NCBI GenBank assembly: GCA_021159385.1
Contig: JAGGRW010000191.1
Location: 1-42,892, forward strand
Reading direction: 5' to 3'
DNA: 42,892 nt
From: Methanosarcinales archaeon
GTDB taxonomy: Archaea > Halobacteriota > Methanosarcinia > Methanosarcinales > Methanogasteraceae
The position numbers and the translations under genes are program-made. How positions within the stretch are numbered: position 1 is the stretch's first letter; each line of letters begins with the position of its first letter. Below the pieces are notes generated by a model, which made no database searches, was not told the DNA's origin, and saw only the letters and a list, made by a program, of their open reading frames with translations. Shown here piece after piece: positions 20,401 through 29,250 of this stretch.

Positions 20401-20976
20401 GTAATCCTCAAAGAATTCGTCTGTTACCCTTGAAACACTAAAAGCCTTTTTCCAGCCCAGCCATGCGTCCCTCCAGTTATTCCAGTCTTTATTGAATCTA
20501 AGTTTTGCAACCGTATCTATATCGGTGTAGTACAGTTCCTGTTTATTTAAGAGAAGTTTTGACAATTTTAGCTTATGCTTTCCGATTTTCACCTTTTCAA
20601 ATTCCGGGAATACGAATAACAGTTCGCTGTAGTCTACAGTAAAAATGATCAATAGCCTGAGGTATCGCTCTGCAAACACCTTTGAGATATATCTTACAAA
20701 GGAAGGACTCATAGATTCGGTCTCTACAAGAAATACAGGAAGTTTATCATCCAGACTCAATATCGTGTAAATATCTTTAATTTTGGCTTTTTCGTCTTTG
20801 GCAAAATCGAAACCCTCGATATCTCGTTTAAAAGACGGGTCGAGGATAGAACTTTGAGGGTAATCCAGGTCTCTGAATAGGTTAAATAGATCGTCAGGAG
20901 ATGTGATCCTCTCGATTTTGTCTCTTATCTGGTATCGGAAGTCCGTATCGAGAGTTTTCTTCGGGTGTTTCTCCAT
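17461..20976 (-). CDS. Eco57I/type IIG-like N6-adenine DNA methyltransferase with target recognition domain (C-terminus frameshifted)
   Basis: GIFYTPR, motif I DPACGSGAFL, motif IV IGNPPYVRQE, FITSNSWLD, and FGIKTGANEFFYL at the TRD start. Confidence 0.9.
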   Translation of the reverse strand: MEKHPKKTLDTDFRYQIRDKIERITSPDDLFNLFRDLDYPQSSILDPSFKRDIEGFDFAKDEKAKIKDIYTILSLDDKLPVFLVETESMSPSFVRYISKVFAERYLRLLIIFTVDYSELLFVFPEFEKVKIGKHKLKLSKLLLNKQELYYTDIDTVAKLRFNKDWNNWRDAWLGWKKAFSVSRVTDEFFEDYKKRFFRIRNHLVDGSISTKDAHEFTLQFLNRTMFIYFISKKRWLNNDPKFMDWFWGLYKKGVRDGQTEKDSFYKDWLGVLFFESFNNIFFDSENLPEEVKKVLRATPFLNGGLFKETDQDKLGISLEDEFISDVMGFYNKYNFTIKEDVPLDVEVAVDPQMIGYVYESLANVAEEIYDRNDMGIFYTPRVEVDFMVRRTITEFLAKHLDDVPREIIYDFVFDAEKEKSRKFFTDQRMWHTLEDVLENLSIVDPACGSGAFLVGHLIALTELYREVYKNIGLQRTDFDIKKGIIGKSIYGVDVMPWAVHAAELRLWLQLIVEADLKPKDLKTRPLLPNLNMNLRVGDSLVQEIGGINLHLRDADATPIIKKKLNALKAEKEKYYHNYPDARFKSKEALEKEEIRIFIEIVDEQIRGIDEKVEDIDKRSKHIQLDLSGNETGISREEKEKLRNKRKKLVEEKETLEKVKVEIEVPEKKPFVWEIAFSEIFGEKGGFDIVIGNPPYVRQEKISPPNRMKVEITKDDRTGYKDKLVRSVTALFPVVEKISKKSDYYVYFYFHGLGLLNPRGTFCFITSNSWLDVDYGKGLQEFLLKYVPIHAIYDNQVSRSFEHADVNTVIALFGAPVIRGGIVKEGSVQSRLDDPDYRGGIEWPLLSHTARFVMFKKPFEEVSNVGNLLRMERADEIVKTDEYRVFPVGQGALLEDGWEYPEDYDKKQGRFRKGRYAGNKWGGKYLRAPDIFFTILEKGAGKLVRLGEIAEVRFGIKTGANEFFYLDDEAQKKWQIEEEFLKPVIKSPKECKSIVINPGDLKYKVFMCHKSKEELVGTKALKYIEWGESQGFHERPTCASRGMWWELNKQEKQDYLFLRFRDKRNWTPILPDEANVLIGDVVFVGKFDPYKKWSLGLILNSTIGILISETYGRINLREGLLTTYGPEILNFVILNPVFVDNNKCEEVLVAMNVRPVQSTFAELGLVLWGRGR

Positions 20977-21241
20977 ATTCTTCGCCCTCTCTACAGATTG
21001 AGGTTACGACGTCTTTAATGATGCTTTGCATAGAGCACGGTGAAAGTGAAATGCGTGATTATGCCCTTATGCCCTTGCGCGCATCGATCCCCCCTAATCT
21101 TACAGGCAGCCTCCCAGAGCCATGTTTCCAGTGTTCTTATATCGAATTTGTTATCAGACATCCACGAAAACACCTTTTTGACCGAATGGTATTAAGCGCA
21201 TCCCATTTCGCAGTATCATTCCTCGTCCTGGCGATTTATCT

Positions 21242-22282
21242 TTAACCCCACGGCTCGAGCAGGCATGCCGGACACTGATCCACAAGTTCACAGTCCCCGC
21301 ATGATCTCGGGTCTTTGGAGCAGCCAGCACGCCTGAGATACTGCGCAGCGACTTCCGCTTCACCGTCGCTGCCCTCGTCGTCGTCGCCGCCACCGCCGCC
21401 ACTGCTGCTGGTTGAGGCTGGCACTCCCTGCGGATAATAGCCTGACCACGCAACATCGGTGAGCCCGATACCCCTGCACTGCTCAGTCAGATCCTCCATC
21501 ATATCCTGCCCCGGTCCGGGATGGTAGTATAGTATGAAATTCGGTCTGAACCCGATCAATCGATACGGTATCGACGGATCAAGGTCTGCGATGAATGATG
21601 CGATCTTCGTGATCTGGTGCTCGGTTATGCCCGGTATCACCACTGTTCTGAATACGCGGATCTCATCTCTTGCAACTTCTGCAAGGCTCCTCGCATTCCT
21701 GAGAACGGGCCCAGATGGCGCGCCTGTCAGCATCCGGTGTACATCGTCGTCATACGCCTTGATCTCATAAGAGATCGACGTTGATATATCAGCCACCCGC
21801 CGGAGCGTCTTAGGTGTACAGAAACCATTGGTTGCGATTCCGACGCCGATATCCGGATAACGTTCTCGCATCTCCCGAACCACCTCCTCGATGTAGGGCA
21901 TATTGATCGTCGGCTCGCCTCCCGTGAAACTGATCTTGTCGGTGTCCGGCAACATTTTGGACATCGCCTCCGCCGCGAGCGCATCCGGCGCCACATAGCC
22001 CCGGTAGAACCAGTTCGCATCAGGATACTGCGATATTCTGTATGCGTTGCAGTAGATGCACCGGAAAGAGCATCCGAGCATGGTGACTGCGTAACTATGA
22101 AGCGTCTTTGAGAGCATCGTGTATGCGATATGTGGCATGCCTGCCCTACACACGCCATGCTCGCCTTCGAGCCGGTTTGTCCCGCATCGCCATTCGCAGA
22201 GATTGCACCTCGTAAATTCGGATAGGTATTGCATTATTCGCGATTTCACTCCTTGTTGGGTGTTGAAATACGTTGTGGTCAT
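21242..22282 (-). CDS. Radical SAM protein, PFL-activating-enzyme-like, with extra N- and C-terminal Cys clusters
   Basis: GCSFRCIYC (CxxxCxxC) and SFTGGEPT; N-terminal CNLCEWRC; C-terminal CSKDPRSCGDCELVDQCPAC. Confidence 0.85.
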   Translation of the reverse strand: MTTTYFNTQQGVKSRIMQYLSEFTRCNLCEWRCGTNRLEGEHGVCRAGMPHIAYTMLSKTLHSYAVTMLGCSFRCIYCNAYRISQYPDANWFYRGYVAPDALAAEAMSKMLPDTDKISFTGGEPTINMPYIEEVVREMRERYPDIGVGIATNGFCTPKTLRRVADISTSISYEIKAYDDDVHRMLTGAPSGPVLRNARSLAEVARDEIRVFRTVVIPGITEHQITKIASFIADLDPSIPYRLIGFRPNFILYYHPGPGQDMMEDLTEQCRGIGLTDVAWSGYYPQGVPASTSSSGGGGGDDDEGSDGEAEVAAQYLRRAGCSKDPRSCGDCELVDQCPACLLEPWG

Positions 22283-22339
22283 GCGGATGTGGATGTGGCT
22301 ATGGGGGTGTGTGCGGATGCAGATGCCATGATAGAGCTG

Positions 22340-24142
22340 TCAACTCAACTGCGCATGGAGCCGTATGATGTCGGATTTCGTGAGAATCCCGACCACCTTC
22401 CTGGGATCACTGGAATCGACCACCGGAAGCCTTCCGATGTCGTTTAGAACCAGTTTGCGCAGCGCGTCCTCAAGCGACTCATCCGGATACGTCACAAGCA
22501 CCGTCGTCGCCATGACCTCTTCCACGCGCACAACCTCGCGATCCTCGGGCGGCACCTGCTCCGCATCCCTGAACGTGACAACTCCGACGAGGCAACCTTC
22601 GTCGATCACGGGGTACCCGATGTGCCCGTACTTGTCGATCAGGTTGAGCACCGTCTGAACGCTGTTTAACGGGTGCACGGACATGACGTCAACATGCATT
22701 GCATCGTGAACAGTTGCACCCTCCAAAATGTCAATCGTCAGTTCCTCGCGGTGCGCCGGCGAATCCACCCTCGCTGGTACCTGTTTCTCGTAGATCGTCC
22801 AGTTGCTTGAAACAAGATACGCAAGGGTCGAGGCGAACATCAAGGGCGGCAGCAGATTGTAATTTCCTGTGAGTTCTGAGACCATGACAATCGCAGCGAT
22901 CGGAACGTGCGCAACACCAGCAAGCATCGCTGCCATCCCGATCAAGACGAACGATGTCGCCTGCAACTCGCCGATTATCCCGGGGAAGAGCGCGTGCGCC
23001 AGTATCCCGAACGCGCCACCGAGTGTGCCACCGATCGCGAGCGATGGTGCGAAGACACCACCACTGCCACCGGAACCAAGTGTGAACGACGTGGCAAGCA
23101 TCTTGGCTATGACAAGCAGTACCAGAACTTCCAACGTCAGTGTTCCATCGATTGCGGATTGTATCGACTCATAGCCCCCTCCAAAGATCTCGTAGCCGGA
23201 TCCGCAGGTCTGCTGCATGAACAGGACGAGCAGCCCAAGCAGGAGACCGCCGATCATCGGCTTAACGTAATTCGGTATCCTGAGTGCTCCGAAGAAGTCG
23301 CGCATTCCGTGAAACGTCTTGATATGCACGATTCCGACGAGACCGCAGAGGATGCCGAGCAATGCATCGAAGATCAGTTCGGATGGATGGGTGAACGTGT
23401 ACTCAGGAGTTATGAAGAGAGAACCCCAGCCAAAGATTGAGGAGAAGACCGTGTACGCGATTATCGATGATATGAACGCAGGAACAAGCGATTCAAACTC
23501 CGAATCACGTTTATACAGCACACTGATTGCGAATAGAGCACCTCCGAACGGTGCACGAAAGACGCTACCGATCCCGCCTGCCGCACCACATATCAGCATC
23601 ATCCTGCGACCCTTGTCGTCGAGTTTCAGTTTATCTGCAAGATATGACCCGAAACCGGCACCGATCTGCGTGATCGGTCCTTCTCTCCCCGCGCTCCCGC
23701 CGGTGCTGATGGTGATCGTGGAGGCAATCGTCTTGACGATCGGAATCCTGCTTTGGATTACTCCTTTATTCTGATGATATGAATCGATCGCCGCATCGGT
23801 TCCCTCGCCCACCGCCTCCGGCGCATACAGATACGTGATGATGCCAACAACAATCCCACCTATGGCTGGCAGTCCTACGAGAAACCACGTGTGTGGGTCC
23901 GCAAGCGCGCCGGGCGGTGCGACTATGGATATCGGCAGTAGCGAATGCTCGCAACCGGTTGGGGTGCAGTAGTAATGCCCGATGCCTCCGAGTACCCAGT
24001 GCGACACAATGCATAGCAGCGCGTAGAAGATCGCAGCGCACCCACCGGAAGCCAGACCGATCAGGATGCTGTACGGAACCCAGTGTTCAATGTAGTCGAG
24101 ATTGAGTTTGCGCAGGTGATCCATAGCGATTACCGACGACAT
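22340..24142 (-). CDS. ClC-family chloride channel/antiporter with tandem CBS domains
   Basis: GGSAGREGP and GGVFAP motifs, many TM helices, and a C-terminal CBS pair (GYPVID, GRLPVVD). Confidence 0.92.
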   Translation of the reverse strand: MSSVIAMDHLRKLNLDYIEHWVPYSILIGLASGGCAAIFYALLCIVSHWVLGGIGHYYCTPTGCEHSLLPISIVAPPGALADPHTWFLVGLPAIGGIVVGIITYLYAPEAVGEGTDAAIDSYHQNKGVIQSRIPIVKTIASTITISTGGSAGREGPITQIGAGFGSYLADKLKLDDKGRRMMLICGAAGGIGSVFRAPFGGALFAISVLYKRDSEFESLVPAFISSIIAYTVFSSIFGWGSLFITPEYTFTHPSELIFDALLGILCGLVGIVHIKTFHGMRDFFGALRIPNYVKPMIGGLLLGLLVLFMQQTCGSGYEIFGGGYESIQSAIDGTLTLEVLVLLVIAKMLATSFTLGSGGSGGVFAPSLAIGGTLGGAFGILAHALFPGIIGELQATSFVLIGMAAMLAGVAHVPIAAIVMVSELTGNYNLLPPLMFASTLAYLVSSNWTIYEKQVPARVDSPAHREELTIDILEGATVHDAMHVDVMSVHPLNSVQTVLNLIDKYGHIGYPVIDEGCLVGVVTFRDAEQVPPEDREVVRVEEVMATTVLVTYPDESLEDALRKLVLNDIGRLPVVDSSDPRKVVGILTKSDIIRLHAQLS

Positions 24143-24227
24143 CTTCCTGCGATTCTTCAATTGCGATCCCTCAATATATAGCTGCAACTGAAGATATTTA
24201 AGGGCGTTGGGATCGCTGCATCTGTCG

Positions 24228-24273
24228 ATCCGGCATCCTCTGCCAATCCGGCATCCTCTGCCAATCCGGCATC
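24228..24273. repeat. 18 bp tandem repeat (atccggcatcctctgcca, about 2.5 copies)
   Basis: Exact copies at 24228-24245 and 24246-24263, plus a partial copy at 24264-24273. Confidence 0.85.
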
Positions 24274-24450
24274 ATCCGAGTTAGGTCTCGAGAAACCCGC
24301 GCCGCCATGCGCCGTGCGCCACGCGGATGGGGTATAGTGGATTTGCGAAGTGCCTGCGGGCGGACGAACCGAAATGCTTATGAACGATTGAGTGGATTAG
24401 TTTGTATCGAGATCACTGCTGGTCTCGGTGAGGGTAGGGAGGAAAGAAAG

Positions 24451-24993
24451 ATGAAAAGATATCGACAGATGACAGTGTTATCGCTTTTGATGACACTGGT
24501 TGTGGCTGGTGGTGCCAGCGCGATGGTTGCGCCAGCCAGTTCGAGCGAGATACGTGTAGAGCCTATGGAACAGACGATAGTCCCTGGAACAACTGGTGTT
24601 TATACGGTTTCTGTGAGAACGAGTGCAGTTGGAGAATGGCATTCCATCTGGTTCAATACGCAGAATGGCAAATTGCTTGCGAAGATGACCGCGGACACTG
24701 AGCCGATGGGTGTTGCACCAATGCCCGAAACCACGTCGTGTGCACCAACCGCTTCAATCGCGTGGAAGCCAGAGGACGCAGGCGAGTGGTACACGTTTAC
24801 GCTGGAGGTCACACCGGACGAGGATATGGAACAGGGCACGGATTGTTCTATTGTAGTAAGCGATGATGGAACCGATAGCAGTGTACATGCCCAGATCACT
24901 GCGTCGGCAAATCCGGCTCCGGAGCTTCCCACCATCGCGCTTGTCGGCATCGGGCTTGTCGGCCTGGTTGCGCTTGGAAGACGGAAGAGGTGA
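24451..24993 (+). CDS. Secreted Ig-like protein with PEF-CTERM-like sorting tail
   Basis: Signal peptide MKRYRQMTVLSLLMTLVVAGGASA after GGAGG; C-terminal PELPTIALVGIGLVGLVALGRRKR. Confidence 0.8.
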   Translation: MKRYRQMTVLSLLMTLVVAGGASAMVAPASSSEIRVEPMEQTIVPGTTGVYTVSVRTSAVGEWHSIWFNTQNGKLLAKMTADTEPMGVAPMPETTSCAPTASIAWKPEDAGEWYTFTLEVTPDEDMEQGTDCSIVVSDDGTDSSVHAQITASANPAPELPTIALVGIGLVGLVALGRRKR

Positions 24994-25217
24994 AGGCAGA
25001 CGCCTTCGCCACCACCTTTTTATTTTTTGTGGTAATGGCAGATAGACAGGTCATGCATGTGTGGCGCGATAATTCAAAAGGTTTATAAAGGATTCGGTTG
25101 ACCACTGTTGGTATTGGGTGAACGTGACCCGGTATGGAGGTAATTATGAACCGAACGGGATATACTGATAAACTGGAGTCTGGCAAGAGTTTTGAAGTTT
25201 GTAGGGGCGGTGCCGCG

Positions 25218-25793
25218 ATGAGACTCAATCGACTGATCATTTCGATCGTTGTGGCGGCGGTTGTTTTATCAGCATTGCCGTCGAGCGCGTCGTCAGAAGT
25301 TACGTGCTGCTCACCTCCAAATGTGATTTCGTGCGATGCGGACGGCAATCAGAAAGAAGAGTTCGTCACGGGCGATTCGGTATATATAACCGCTACAGGT
25401 CTCAGGAGTAATGGGTGGTATTATGTTATTATACAGGATCATCTGGTGGGTGATGGTGATAGTTTCAATATCAGTGAGGATCCTTCTGACGCGTGGTGGC
25501 ATGAGCACCCATGGACAAAAGTGGACTTCTTCATAACTAACAGCAGTGGTTGTAGTGAATCCCCGATCCTGATCTGGGGCAGCATTCCGCATGGCAACCA
25601 AAAGACGTATGACATCGTTGTAAATGCATTTGGCATATCCCCCTTCTTAACATATAACGACAGTATTGACGGTCTTGACTCCGTCGGCGTCAGCGGTGGC
25701 GGCGGCTTCGTAGCACCAGTCCCGGAACTTCCGACCATCATCCTCACAGCAATCGGACTGATCGGCGCAATCGCACTCGGGAGACGAAGATAA
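25218..25793 (+). CDS. Secreted protein with PEF-CTERM-like sorting tail
   Basis: Signal peptide MRLNRLIISIVVAAVVLSALPSSASS; C-terminal VPELPTIILTAIGLIGAIALGRRR. Confidence 0.8.
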   Translation: MRLNRLIISIVVAAVVLSALPSSASSEVTCCSPPNVISCDADGNQKEEFVTGDSVYITATGLRSNGWYYVIIQDHLVGDGDSFNISEDPSDAWWHEHPWTKVDFFITNSSGCSESPILIWGSIPHGNQKTYDIVVNAFGISPFLTYNDSIDGLDSVGVSGGGGFVAPVPELPTIILTAIGLIGAIALGRRR

Positions 25794-25797
25794 CCAC

Positions 25798-26031
25798 ATG
25801 TTGACAGTAACCACCCTCGCAAACGTGCAGCACATCCTTGCAATCGAACAGATCGCGATAGGTGGCATGTTAGCCACGATCTCCCTGATCGCATCGCTCT
25901 CTGTTGCCGAGATCATGGTTGAGTCGAAGTGGTGGAACAGGTGGGCATCGAGCACGCTTGAGATGCACAACATCCCGCTCCTCCTCGTCTTCTCTGCGAT
26001 CGTCATCTTCAAGGTGCTGATGGTTCTGTAG
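25798..26031 (+). CDS. Small membrane protein (two TM helices)
   Basis: 77 aa with two hydrophobic segments; starts 4 bp after the previous stop. Confidence 0.65.
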   Translation: MLTVTTLANVQHILAIEQIAIGGMLATISLIASLSVAEIMVESKWWNRWASSTLEMHNIPLLLVFSAIVIFKVLMVL

Positions 26032-26285
26032 CGCGTGAAATGACAGAATCGGGAATGTTGCCGTTTTAAACGGTAATCCCCCCTTTTTGGAGGAGTTTTT
26101 AACTAACCTGAAGAACTCTGCAAAACCGATACCAGTGTGCCTGAATGGATGGTCAACCTGATGTGGCTCATGTGGTGCCACCCGCGATATCAGAGAGTCC
26201 AGATCACTGCCAACCAAAAGACCTAAAACCAGTCCCAACAGGTTAATATCCAGTCCCCCAAAACCAGAGTTCAACAGAAATAAAG

Positions 26286-27785
26286 GTGTTACCATTGACA
26301 AGCGTCCTCTTGCTCGCCTCACCGGATGTCCAGCGCGACTTCGATTTCGTCGCGAGAATTCCGAATCTCGGAATCACGTCGATTGCCGGGAACATAAACG
26401 ATCTCTGCGATGTGAAGGTAGCTGACCTGAACGTTGCGGACGACCCCCACGAATTCGTGCGCAGAACAATCGAAAAGTACCACGTCGATCTCGTTGGGCT
26501 CAGTTGCATGAGTTTCCAGTACGCGGGAATGCTTGAGATCGCAAAGATCGTTGCGGAGTACGACAATGTCAAAGTCGTCTTCGGCGGGTATCATCCAACA
26601 CTCGAGTACAAGGAGATTGCTGGGAGTCCGGACCTTGCGTACATCGATTTTATCATGCGCGGCGAGGGGGAAGCAACATTTAGAGAGCTTGTTGCGACCA
26701 TGAGTCTCCCGGATCCGCAGTACGACGGTGTTCCTGGCTTGTCCTACCGGGAAAACAAAGATGGCGATGGCACAATGACCATGAAGCACAACCCGCCACG
26801 CCCGCTTCTTGACCTATCCGAGATCAGACTACCGGATCGGGGTGCAAGACTGCTCAAGAAAGGGTTCTACGGATTTTGCCACACGGTAGACGTCGTTGAG
26901 ACGAGCAGGGGCTGCACGCAGGGCTGCAAGTTCTGCAGCATCGACCGCATGTACGGGCGCAGCTTCAGAACGTACACAATCGAGCGCGTGATTGAGGACA
27001 TCGCTGACGCGAAGGCGCACGGCGCGCAGAACATCTTCTTTGTTGACGACAACATAACGCTCAACACAAAAAGGATGAAGCGTCTCTGCGAGGCGATAAT
27101 CGACGCGGGGCTCGATGACATCTACTACCAGACGCAGGCGAGTACGAGCGGGATTGCAAAAAGCAAGGAGGTCGTGGACCTGATGGCAAAAGCCGGATTT
27201 GACGGGGTCTTTCTCGGAATCGAGAATGCGCTCCCGAGAAACATCGAGTTCTTCGGAAAGACCGGGATGGCGACCGATTCGGAGAGGGCTGTTTCGTACC
27301 TGCGCGAGCACAGAATCATCGTCTCCGGCGGGATCATCAGCGGGAACCCGGAGGACACCGCGGAGGACGTGCGCAGGAACTACGAACTCGCAAAGAAACT
27401 GAAGCTCGATGTCCCGATCTTCTACATCATGACTCCGTATCCGAAGACGGTACTTCGCAAGGAGTTAATCGAGATGGGGCTCGTCACAAATCCCGATGAT
27501 GTCACGAGATACGATGGAATCTACGCAAACGTAAAAACAAAGCACCTGAGTACAGATGAACTGCAATACATCGTCTGGAAGATGAATGTCGATTATTACG
27601 GTCTGAAATGGTATCTCTCAAACAACATCATCAGACGGTACCCGAAATGGTACCTGAAGCGGACGCTCGAACTGATCCCGAAGTACACGTCGCGGAGATT
27701 GAAGATGGCTCTCGGGCTAAAATCGGAGAGAGAGTGTTTTGAAGAGGATATGGAGTCAGGGGTGCTCTGCAAGGGCGGGGTGTGA
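26286..27785 (+). CDS. Cobalamin-binding radical SAM enzyme (class B-like)
   Basis: N-terminal B12-binding domain (LVGLSC, VFGGYHPT, RGEGE), ETSRGCTQGCKFC and FFVDDNI. Confidence 0.9.
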   Translation: MLPLTSVLLLASPDVQRDFDFVARIPNLGITSIAGNINDLCDVKVADLNVADDPHEFVRRTIEKYHVDLVGLSCMSFQYAGMLEIAKIVAEYDNVKVVFGGYHPTLEYKEIAGSPDLAYIDFIMRGEGEATFRELVATMSLPDPQYDGVPGLSYRENKDGDGTMTMKHNPPRPLLDLSEIRLPDRGARLLKKGFYGFCHTVDVVETSRGCTQGCKFCSIDRMYGRSFRTYTIERVIEDIADAKAHGAQNIFFVDDNITLNTKRMKRLCEAIIDAGLDDIYYQTQASTSGIAKSKEVVDLMAKAGFDGVFLGIENALPRNIEFFGKTGMATDSERAVSYLREHRIIVSGGIISGNPEDTAEDVRRNYELAKKLKLDVPIFYIMTPYPKTVLRKELIEMGLVTNPDDVTRYDGIYANVKTKHLSTDELQYIVWKMNVDYYGLKWYLSNNIIRRYPKWYLKRTLELIPKYTSRRLKMALGLKSERECFEEDMESGVLCKGGV

Positions 27786-28126
27786 ATGTTTGGGTAAGCT
27801 CTGGTCATTCTGCTGATGCGTGGTTCTGTCTTTGGATTGGTACTTGAATTGTCATGGCACCACTCCTCTTCGGAAATACCGAAAAAACCCGTCTTTGGAA
27901 CAATAGACCTGTTGCGATTCCCAAGCTCAACTCCTGTTTCATACCAGGTCTCGTTGAATCGCGGGCGGCGGGGGTGGTGCGCCGGGCGGGGCGCGGTCGA
28001 TGATGGTATCGACGATCCGATCAGGTCGGCAGTGTGTCAGTAACACTGATATTCAATAAAGACGTTTGAACTGTCGAACAGCGAAATTGGTTGCCTCCAC
28101 GTCAGCACACCGGATTGTGCCCATAC

Positions 28127-28477
28127 ATGAGCGACACGAACGATATGAACAACATGAACAACATGAACAACATGAAGACCATCCACATCATCGTAACCGG
28201 CAGGGTGCAGGGCGTAGGATTCCGCTACTTCACGATCGCTCGCGCAAAGAGTCTCGGCATCCGCGGCTGGGTCAGGAACCTGCCCGACGGCAGCGTCGAG
28301 ACTCTGATCCATGGGCAGGATGAGGCGATCGATGAGATGATCGGACTCTTGCGAGAGGGTCCTCTCACGGCAGTGGTCGCGGATTTGAAGATCGAGGAGC
28401 GGGGGGAGATTACGGCGGAAGAACTGTCCGGATCTGCCGGACCCGCCGGATCGCTCGGATTCACCATGAGGTTGTAG
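28127..28477 (+). CDS. acyP: Acylphosphatase
   Basis: GRVQGVGFR and GWVRNLPDGSVE signature motifs. Start is ambiguous (28127-28172) because of the ATG repeats. Confidence 0.9.
   Translation: MSDTNDMNNMNNMNNMKTIHIIVTGRVQGVGFRYFTIARAKSLGIRGWVRNLPDGSVETLIHGQDEAIDEMIGLLREGPLTAVVADLKIEERGEITAEELSGSAGPAGSLGFTMRL
28145..28176 (+). repeat. 9 bp tandem repeat atgaacaac x3 (encodes MNN)
   Basis: atgaacaac at 28145, 28154 and 28163, followed by atgaag. Confidence 0.85.
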
Positions 28478-29113
28478 ATGGAAGACGATTTGATCGGAAA
28501 GTTGAGGAAGATACGAGGATTCAGGGTCATCGAGAGCGACGAGCAGAGTATACTCGTAGATGTCCGGGACTTCGGAATGGATTCGCGGGAGCTGATCCGC
28601 CGCCTCAGAGAAGACGGAATCGTTGTGCATGAGTGCGACGGTGGCAGTGGCAGTGACCGTGGCGGCGATTGCATCAGGATCGATTCCAAATCTGTTAACC
28701 GGGAGCTGATCGATGTTCTCAGCAGCGCGATATCCGACTGGGGGCAGGACCTTGCCCGAAGGAACATCGAGGCTGTGATGAAGGATGGGGTCTGCGTGGG
28801 GAGACGGGATTGTGAATATTATCCGTGCCATTTTGAGGGGCAGGACTGTACGTTCTGTTTCTGCCCGTTCTATCCGTGCGGCGATACGCGAACCGGCGGC
28901 AGGTACGTTGAAAGCTCGACCGGCAAGACGGTCTGGAGTTGCGTCGGATGCACGATCATCCACGAGCACGAGGTTGCGTGTGAGGTGCTCGACGGGCTGA
29001 TGGCGCTTGAGCCCGGAGAGGATGTTTTGTCGGTGTTTCGGGATGTGATCGTTCCGCGTCTGCGCGATCGCGATGCCGGCACTGACGCAGGTACCGACGC
29101 CGACGCCGGGTGA
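28478..29113 (+). CDS. Cysteine-rich small (zf-like) domain protein with an N-terminal region resembling the small domain of CobD/HisC-type aminotransferases
   Basis: [23 protein letters not shown]...[11 protein letters not shown]-terminal [29 protein letters not shown]...CIRI. Confidence 0.75.
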   Translation: MEDDLIGKLRKIRGFRVIESDEQSILVDVRDFGMDSRELIRRLREDGIVVHECDGGSGSDRGGDCIRIDSKSVNRELIDVLSSAISDWGQDLARRNIEAVMKDGVCVGRRDCEYYPCHFEGQDCTFCFCPFYPCGDTRTGGRYVESSTGKTVWSCVGCTIIHEHEVACEVLDGLMALEPGEDVLSVFRDVIVPRLRDRDAGTDAGTDADAG

Positions 29114-29157
29114 TGCGAACCGCGCAACAGGGGACTCGCGCCGGTTCGTGATCGTTG
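28878..29157 (+). repeat. Left copy of ~280 bp direct repeat (3' end of Cys-rich gene plus downstream DNA)
   Basis: Aligns to 34911-35194, with a long identical run from atcatccacgagcacgagg to cgcgatcgcgatgc. Confidence 0.95.
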
Positions 29158-29250
29158 CAGGTAGGGGGAGGGTTTTGGCATCAATCAAAGACCGATGGAA
29201 AGCGTTATGATTCATCCTGTACGAACAATGGAAATGAAGAGGCGAGTATT

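Noticed and set aside
12389..20976. Calling the operon DISARM or BREX
   Set aside because: No DrmA/DrmB (DUF1998), PglZ or BrxC in the locus; only the MTase and SNF2/PLD components resemble them.
24228..24273. Short direct repeats as a possible CRISPR array
   Set aside because: The 18 bp units are contiguous with no spacers, and no cas genes are present.
24143..24450. Fluoride riboswitch or fluoride-specific ClC
   Set aside because: No recognisable crcB riboswitch consensus upstream, and the protein has GREGP rather than the CLC-F GREGT-type signature.
25870..26285. Possible small gene or IS relic in the 26030-26285 spacer
   Set aside because: No transposase motif, terminal repeats or convincing coding signal that I can support.
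27786..28126. GC-rich tract (27960-28000) resembling the island repeat, plus a 75 aa ORF
   Set aside because: Similarity is limited to low-complexity gcgggcggcggg, and the ORF has no recognisable features.
28037..29215. 392 aa minus-strand ORF
   Set aside because: It is antisense to acyP and the Cys-rich gene, which have clear motifs; it has no recognisable features itself.
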